Below are positions 26,364-32,000 of a stretch of 32,000 nt of DNA, piece after piece. Made by a program: the position numbers and the translations under genes. Origin of the DNA: Akkermansia muciniphila ATCC BAA-835 (GTDB lineage Bacteria > Verrucomicrobiota > Verrucomicrobiia > Verrucomicrobiales > Akkermansiaceae); contig NC_010655.1 of assembly GCF_000020225.1 (NCBI RefSeq), positions 1,320,001-1,352,000 on the forward strand, given 5' to 3'. The notes beneath the pieces are model-generated. The model saw nothing but the letters and a program-made list of their open reading frames with translations, did not search any database and had not been told where the DNA came from. Each line of letters begins with the position of its first letter. Position 1 is the stretch's first letter.

Positions 26364-27887
26364 TTAGGAATTCCTGGTGCCTTCCCCCGTGCCGGGAAGG
26401 AAGCGGTAATACACCTCCAGCATCAGCGTAGCGAGGCACTGGCGGTAAATTTTGTCATTGATGGAACCTCCATTGCTGTTCACGAGACCCCCCGGTCCCG
26501 GGAATCCGTTCGGGGTGAAGCTTCCATCGGTGGCCTGGGCTCCGAGGGTGGAATCACGGAAGGCCTTGTTGTACGCTTTCCATACATCTCCTCCGCGGTT
26601 CATGGCGGCCTGTACCCCGTAATAGTGCTGGTAGAGGTTGGAGGAAGTATTGTTCGCCTTCCAGTTAAACGGCTGGTTGGTGTTCTTAAGCATCCAGTCC
26701 AGACCCTTGCGGGCGGCGCTGTCCGAACCGTTGCCGCACATTTGAAGGGAAAGAACGCCTACGCCCACCAGGGAGGGACGTGCTGCGGCGTCTTCCCTGC
26801 CTTCCTGCATGTAGGTGAAGAGGCCGTCGGGCTTGCCGCATTTCCGGCAATAGGCCGCGGCTTTGCGCAGGGCCGTGCGTATTTCGCCTTTGGAGGGGCG
26901 GATGCCGCCATGTTCGGCGGCCTTGAGGGCCTGTACGTTCCATCCGGTGACGGAAAGGTCCGTATGAGCGCCCGCCTTCGTGTTGTAATTGTAGGCCCAG
27001 CCGCCGTCGGTATTTTGATTGTCCACAATCTTATCAACGGCCTTTATGACGACTTTTTCCAGATTGGAGATAGAGGGGATGTCCATCTGCTTGCAGAAGG
27101 TGTAGGCTTCGCACAGGGCATAGGTGGCTACCGCGTGGTCATAGCTGACTTCGTTCCTCTGGGGAACCAGGGAGAGAACGGGATTTTTCATGCCCTGATC
27201 CACCAGGAAAGAGATGCCCTTCAGGACAGTTTCCCCGAATTCTTCGGAAAGAGGCGTTTCGCAGTGGGCCAGGTAGGAGAGGAGAGCCATCCCTGTCATG
27301 GCGCATTTGTAATTATGGGGAGCCCCGCCCCAGGAACCGTCTTTATTCTGCTGTTTTTTCAGCCAGCGGAGGGATTTGACTACAGCTTCCTCACACTGCG
27401 GGGTGCCCCCGTTTTCCGTAATGCGCTTCATGCGGTCGTTCAAATCGCAGCGCTTGGAGATGATGCCGGGAATGCCTCCCCCGTCTCCGTCGCCCGTGCC
27501 GGTGCCGAAGCCGTCGCCGATATCGATGCCCATGGAGAGTTCTTCCGAGGGGACGTCCACCTCAATATCCGGGTTGACCACCGCGACGTCCGCCGTGGCG
27601 ACAGCGGCGATGACCTTCACCTGCGCGGAGGTGGAGGAACTGCTGGGGCGCTGGGTGGTCTGGGTAACTTCCGGCGTGTCGATGTCCGGGTTGTCGCCTT
27701 CCTGGGTGGCGTAGGCGACCATGGGGGGATCTTCCGGAACGGCCACGATGATGTGCACCAGGTAGAGGAGGAGGCCCATGAGGGCGATGCCGAGGAAGGA
27801 GACGGAAATGGCGGCGGTTAGTGTCTTGGTCCGCTGCTTCTTCAATTCCGCAAGGGCATTTTCAGTACTTTCAATATGCAGACTCAT
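26364..27887 (-). CDS. Membrane-anchored prenyltransferase/squalene-oxidase-repeat protein, paralog B (507 aa)
   Basis: The first 181 aa are identical to paralog A. The rest is collinear but diverged (DGSWGG, DGGWAYNYN, DGLFTY, DGSFTPN). Confidence 0.85.
   Translation of the reverse strand: MSLHIESTENALAELKKQRTKTLTAAISVSFLGIALMGLLLYLVHIIVAVPEDPPMVAYATQEGDNPDIDTPEVTQTTQRPSSSSTSAQVKVIAAVATADVAVVNPDIEVDVPSEELSMGIDIGDGFGTGTGDGDGGGIPGIISKRCDLNDRMKRITENGGTPQCEEAVVKSLRWLKKQQNKDGSWGGAPHNYKCAMTGMALLSYLAHCETPLSEEFGETVLKGISFLVDQGMKNPVLSLVPQRNEVSYDHAVATYALCEAYTFCKQMDIPSISNLEKVVIKAVDKIVDNQNTDGGWAYNYNTKAGAHTDLSVTGWNVQALKAAEHGGIRPSKGEIRTALRKAAAYCRKCGKPDGLFTYMQEGREDAAARPSLVGVGVLSLQMCGNGSDSAARKGLDWMLKNTNQPFNWKANNTSSNLYQHYYGVQAAMNRGGDVWKAYNKAFRDSTLGAQATDGSFTPNGFPGPGGLVNSNGGSINDKIYRQCLATLMLEVYYRFLPGTGEGTRNS
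27348..27887. repeat. 540-bp direct repeat, copy 2 (5' third of paralog B)
   Basis: See copy 1. Identity ends at the ATG on one side and near codon 181 on the other. Confidence 0.95.
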
Positions 27888-28242
27888 ACAATATGTGAAG
27901 CTTCCTGAGGATAGTAGAATGTTTTCCCGGTTGAGGCGAGTCCAAAAATTTTGATGGTTTATAGGGTGGTAAATGACCAGATATGAACAAAATGGAATTT
28001 TATAATGAACGGCTTATATTGATTGCGTCATATATCCGATGGGAGTCCAGACATTTCCGTAGCGGGAGCGCCTGCCGGGACACGGGCTGTGTTCCTGGTT
28101 TGTCGGAGGGGAATGAAAAAGGCTTTTTGAAGCCGGGAAGGAGAAACAACACGCCGGGAACAGTTTGCCTTTGAGTGTTTTTTAGCTGTGGCCGGCAGAG
28201 GAAGAGAGGGCGGTTCCGGGAGAGGAGTGTACGAAGAAATTT

Positions 28243-28279
28243 GAAAAAACAAGCCCTGCCATGGAGGGCATGGCAGGGC
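28243..28279 (-). terminator. Rho-independent terminator of galE
   Basis: Perfect 11-bp stem: GCCCTGCCATG (28253-28263) pairs with CATGGCAGGGC (28269-28279). On the minus strand it is followed by GTTTTTTC. Confidence 0.7.
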
Positions 28280-28312
28280 GGAAAAGAGGGTGGCCTTTTG
28301 CGGGTAGAGGCA

Positions 28313-29302
28313 TTAATAGTGGCCGCGGCGCGGGCCGGTCATCCACTTCCATGCGGTTTCCACAATGGCCCCGGCATCCTTGCACCTGGCTTCCCAGCCG
28401 AGGATTTCCTTGGCTTTCTTCGGGTTGGCAATCAGGCGGGGCGGGTCGCCTTCACGGCGCGGGCCGTAGCGGACGGGAATTTTTTTGCCGGTGACTTTTT
28501 CAGCCGTTTCCAGGATTTCCCGGACGGAAAGTCCCAGGCCGGTTCCGAGGTTGAAGCATTCTGTGGCCCCGCCTTTCATCAGGTAGTCCACCGCTTTTAA
28601 GTGGGCGTCCGCCAGGTCGTTGACGTGGATGTAGTCGCGGATGCAGGTGCCGTCCGGCGTGTCGTAATCCGTTCCGAAGACTTCGATGTATTCCTTTTCC
28701 CCAGTCAGCGTGAGCAGGATGTTGGGGATAAGGTGGGTTTCTGGTTCGTGGTCTTCACCAATCAAGCCGTCCTCGCTGCAGCCTGAGGCATTAAAATAGC
28801 GCAGAAAAACGCTTTTGAGACCCCAGGCGCGGTCGCAGTCCCTGCAAACTTTTTCCAGCATGTACTTGGAACTCCCGTAAGGATTGATAGGATCCTGCTT
28901 TTCCGTTTCCGGGATAGGGATCTGGGTGGGAACGCCATACGTGGCGCAGGTGGAGGAGAAAACAAAGCGCTTGACGCCGGCGGCTTGCATGGCGCCCAGA
29001 AGGACGAGGGGCCTGGCGATGTTGTTCATGTAGTACTTGAGGGGGTTCTGGACGGATTCCCCCACATTGATGAAGGCGGCAAAGTGAATCACGGCGTCAA
29101 AGTTGCCCTTCATCAGGAGAGGATATACCACGGAGGCATCTCCCAAATCCCCTTTGACCAGTTTCACTTCCGGGTCCACGAGGGCTCCCGCGTGGCCGTA
29201 CACCATGTTGTCCAGCACGGTCACGTCTGCGCCGGTTTTGACGAGCTGGCGTACCGTGTGGGAACCAATATATCCGGCTCCGCCGGTTACAAGTACTTTC
29301 AT
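28313..29302 (-). CDS. galE: UDP-glucose 4-epimerase
   Basis: MKVLVTGGAGYIGSH Rossmann motif and YGSSKYMLE (YxxxK). 329 aa from the ATG at 29302; the track's 16-aa extension was rejected. Confidence 0.9.
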   Translation of the reverse strand: MKVLVTGGAGYIGSHTVRQLVKTGADVTVLDNMVYGHAGALVDPEVKLVKGDLGDASVVYPLLMKGNFDAVIHFAAFINVGESVQNPLKYYMNNIARPLVLLGAMQAAGVKRFVFSSTCATYGVPTQIPIPETEKQDPINPYGSSKYMLEKVCRDCDRAWGLKSVFLRYFNASGCSEDGLIGEDHEPETHLIPNILLTLTGEKEYIEVFGTDYDTPDGTCIRDYIHVNDLADAHLKAVDYLMKGGATECFNLGTGLGLSVREILETAEKVTGKKIPVRYGPRREGDPPRLIANPKKAKEILGWEARCKDAGAIVETAWKWMTGPRRGHY

Positions 29303-29584
29303 GATTTTATCAAATTTGCTGTTGAGCCGGTTTAACTTTTTCTCCGGCAAAGGCGTCCGGACATTTTGGAGTCTGCGGAACCTTCCGGTTCACTGCAGGC
29401 TGAATCCCTGTTCCAGACGCCTGTAAAAGTGACATGTTTTCCCCTTTTTGTCAATTTGCGATATATCTTGCCGCCGTCTCTCCGTTCTTTGCCTGCGGCG
29501 GTTGGAGCTTCTCCGTTTTCATGCCGGAAACTGCCCCGCTTTTTACTGGCTCCTGACAGGCATTTTTGCGAACATCACTTCATT

Positions 29585-30964
29585 ATGAAACCGTCCGAGA
29601 TCAGGAATGTTCTGGAAGACCATGAAGTGCGCCCCAGCAAGTCCCTGGGGCAGAATTTCCTGACGGATGAAAATGTGGCCCGCTGGATTGTGGAGCAGCT
29701 CGAAATCCGGCCGCAGGATTGCGTGGTGGAGGTAGGGCCTGGAACCGGCTCCCTGACGGAACATGCCGCACCCCTTTGCCGCAAACTGGTTCTGGTGGAA
29801 TTTGATTCCCGTCTGGCGGAGTACCAGAAAGAGCGCTGGGCCGGTGATCCCCATGTGGAGGTTCACCATGCAGACGGCGCTTCCTGGGATCCGCGGGGGC
29901 TGTTTGCGGAGGCCCCTGTCAAATTCCTTGGCAATCTTCCCTATTCCGCGGGGGGAGCCATCCTCCAGAATTTCCTGTCCAGGCCCAGTGCTGTGGAACG
30001 TGCCGTGGTGATGCTTCAGAAGGAGTTTATCGACCGCATTCTGGCGACGCCGGATGATGATGCCTTCGGGCTGTTGTCCCTGCGCATCCAGAAAAACTGG
30101 ATTCCCCGTGCCCTCAAAACCATTCCGCCGGAAGCGTTTCATCCCCGTCCGCGTATTGATTCCACCGTGATGCTGCTCACTCCCCGTCCTGCCCGCGAGT
30201 TGCCTCCATATGACGACCGCCTGATGGATGAACTGATGCGCAAGGCTTTTTCCCAGCGGCGCAAACAATTGAAAAAACAGCTCCCCGCTTCTCCTCCGTG
30301 GGAGGGCGTGGCTGCTTCCCTGGGGCTTTCCCCTTCCGCCAGGGCTGAGGAATTGAATTTGTCCCAGTGGGTGGAATTGGCGCGCGTTTATGATACCAAT
30401 CCTCTCAAGGATGTGGCGCAGAGCGGAGATGAATTGTTTGACATCGTGGACGAACTCAATCAGGTGACGGGGCAGGGCACGCGCCGGGAAATACATGAAG
30501 GCAGCCTTCGTCATCGCGCCGTACATATGTTCCTGGTCAATAAGCATGGAGCTGTGCTTCTCCAGAAAAGGTCCCTGTGGAAAGACAGGCAGCCGGGCAA
30601 ATGGGATTCCTCCGCAGCCGGGCATCTGGATGCCGGGGAAAGTTATGAGGAAGCTGCGGTGCGGGAGCTGAAGGAAGAACTGGGGGTGTCCGGCTGCGGG
30701 CTGCAGAAAATCGCGGATTTTGACGCCGGAGAAAATAACGGCTGGGAATTCATCTCCCTCTATGAAGGGCGGTATTCCGGGAAAGTTCGTTTTCCGGCGG
30801 CGGAGGTGGACAGCGTGCAGTGGTTTACGCCGGAGCAAATCCAGGCGTGGGTGGAACGCCGTCCGCAGGATTTCTCGCCTGCGTTCATTCCCTGCTGGAA
30901 TGCATGGCTGGCCGCGAATAGAAAAAATCATTCTAACTCAAATACATATCATGATAAACCCTGA
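29585..30964 (+). CDS. rsmA: 16S rRNA (adenine1518/1519-N6)-dimethyltransferase RsmA/KsgA fused to a C-terminal NUDIX hydrolase domain (459 aa)
   Basis: The N-terminal ~270 aa has SLGQNFL, VVEVGPGTGSLT, FLGNLPY, FHPRPRIDS. The C-terminal ~170 aa has the NUDIX box GHLDAGESYEEAAVRELKEELGV (nt 30620-30688). It is one uninterrupted frame. I preferred the ATG at 29585 over the track start at 29366. Confidence 0.85.
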   Translation: MKPSEIRNVLEDHEVRPSKSLGQNFLTDENVARWIVEQLEIRPQDCVVEVGPGTGSLTEHAAPLCRKLVLVEFDSRLAEYQKERWAGDPHVEVHHADGASWDPRGLFAEAPVKFLGNLPYSAGGAILQNFLSRPSAVERAVVMLQKEFIDRILATPDDDAFGLLSLRIQKNWIPRALKTIPPEAFHPRPRIDSTVMLLTPRPARELPPYDDRLMDELMRKAFSQRRKQLKKQLPASPPWEGVAASLGLSPSARAEELNLSQWVELARVYDTNPLKDVAQSGDELFDIVDELNQVTGQGTRREIHEGSLRHRAVHMFLVNKHGAVLLQKRSLWKDRQPGKWDSSAAGHLDAGESYEEAAVRELKEELGVSGCGLQKIADFDAGENNGWEFISLYEGRYSGKVRFPAAEVDSVQWFTPEQIQAWVERRPQDFSPAFIPCWNAWLAANRKNHSNSNTYHDKP

Positions 30965-31412
30965 TCAATTATCTCCGGAACAGATCCAGTCCATCCGAAC
31001 CTGGGCGGAAGAAGGACTGGATTTAAACGCCATCCAGAAAAGGCTGCATGAGGACTTGAACATCAAGCTGACGTTCATGGATACAAGATTCCTTCTTCAG
31101 GATCTGGATATCCGCATCAGCCAGCCGGAGCCGGAACCCGAAGCCGAGCAGCCCGGAGAGCTTCCCGGAACAATGCCTCCCCCTGCCTCCCTGCTGGGAA
31201 AAACCCAGGTAACTGTGGATGAAATAACGCCTCCCCACGCCCTGATGGCCGGCAAGGTTTTATTCAAGAGCGGCGCCCAGGGCGCATGGGATATTGACCG
31301 TACCGGCCGTATCAACTGGGACGCTACGCTTGGAGAACCTACGGCAGACGACCTGAGGGAATTTGAAACGGAACTGCAATCCGTCATTCGCAGCCGCATG
31401 GGAGCCATGTGA
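30951..31412 (+). CDS. Hypothetical protein (153 aa) with a Pro/Glu-rich linker
   Basis: MINPDQLSPEQIQSIRTWAEEGLDLNAIQKRL... The ATG at 30951 overlaps the rsmA-NUDIX stop by 14 nt. I recognised no domain. Confidence 0.55.
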   Translation: MINPDQLSPEQIQSIRTWAEEGLDLNAIQKRLHEDLNIKLTFMDTRFLLQDLDIRISQPEPEPEAEQPGELPGTMPPPASLLGKTQVTVDEITPPHALMAGKVLFKSGAQGAWDIDRTGRINWDATLGEPTADDLREFETELQSVIRSRMGAM

Positions 31413-31603
31413 GGGAAACGGAAAATATTCCGCTTGAAATGGACTGGAAGCAGGAACTTGCCGGGTGGCGGTTATTTCCAATAAAAGCCCTGGCTGGAAT
31501 GGGAAATGCCGCGTCCGCATGCCATTCGGGAGAGAATGTCTGCCCGGAAAAAATGCGCGTTCATTTGGTTCCATAGTAAAATAAAAGCAACAAAAGGACT
31601 ATC

Positions 31604-31867
31604 ATGGAAATACCGGAGGAAATGATTGAAACGCTGGTGCCTGCCGTTCGGGAGCAGCTGGAGTCGCCGGACACCGCTTATGTCAAAAACTGTCTGGAAC
31701 GCCTGACGGGGCGGGAAAAACTGGGAGAACAGGAAGCTCTGGAACTGATGGCGCAGGCTCTGGCCATTACTATTAATGCGATGGTGGTGGGGGGCCGCTC
31801 TTTTGATTCGGGAAAGTACAAGGCGCTGTTGAAAGATCTCCCGGCTCTTCCGGATGAGGCTCCGTGA
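31604..31867 (+). CDS. Hypothetical small acidic protein (87 aa)
   Basis: Clean ORF with an ATG start and plausible helical composition. I recognised no domain. Confidence 0.45.
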   Translation: MEIPEEMIETLVPAVREQLESPDTAYVKNCLERLTGREKLGEQEALELMAQALAITINAMVVGGRSFDSGKYKALLKDLPALPDEAP

Positions 31868-31923
31868 TAAATCTCGACAATCTCCGGAATTGATTCATAA
31901 TCCTTTCTTTCACTTGAAATTTT

Positions 31924-32000
31924 ATGGCAAAAAAACCATTAGAAACAGGTGCTCCGGAAGCGTCCGCAGCTAAAAAAACGGCTGCTCGCAAGACGACGGC
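31924..32000 (+). CDS. 5' end of an unidentified gene (Lys/Ala-rich N-terminus), truncated by window edge
   Basis: The ATG at 31924 reads MAKKPLETGAPEASAAKKTAARKTT... and is open to the end of the window. Confidence 0.3.
   Translation, partial: MAKKPLETGAPEASAAKKTAARKTT

Noticed and set aside
27983-28252. Small ORFs (63 and 74 aa) in the region upstream of paralog B
   Set aside because: They overlap each other on opposite strands, sit in an AT-rich promoter-like region, run into the galE terminator, and have no motifs.

Overview
This is a chromosomal segment of a moderately GC-rich diderm bacterium. Three things point to Akkermansia (Verrucomicrobiota): an OgpA-like O-glycopeptidase divergent from a GH95 fucosidase, a chlamydial Pmp-repeat autotransporter, and PVC-style membrane proteins. 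That assignment is from memory and needs a BLAST check. I support about 25 protein-coding genes. Most are housekeeping: lgt (partial), pepP, hisG, a bS22-like mini-protein missing from the ORF track, an OmpR/PhoB-type two-component pair, ilvD, family-4 UDG, thiH, an LtaS-family transferase, galE and rsmA. I saw no rRNA, tRNA, CRISPR array, transposase or prophage genes. The many long ORFs antisense to recognisable genes are shadow ORFs. The main points of interest are: (1) A perfect 19-bp inverted repeat pair (12961-12979 and 13149-13167) brackets 169 bp of AT-rich DNA between a 1358-aa Pmp-type autotransporter and a stand-alone tyrosine recombinase, which is the layout of an invertible phase-variation promoter switch. 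(2) Two tandem genes encode membrane-anchored prenyltransferase-like (alpha/alpha-toroid) repeat proteins. Their first 181 codons encode identical protein with 12 exclusively synonymous differences, while the C-terminal domains have diverged, and they sit upstream of STAS and DUF2851 genes. (3) RsmA is fused to a NUDIX hydrolase domain. (4) A 680-bp gene-free gap contains related GC-rich hairpins. All functional calls rest on motif recognition by eye; no database search was run.
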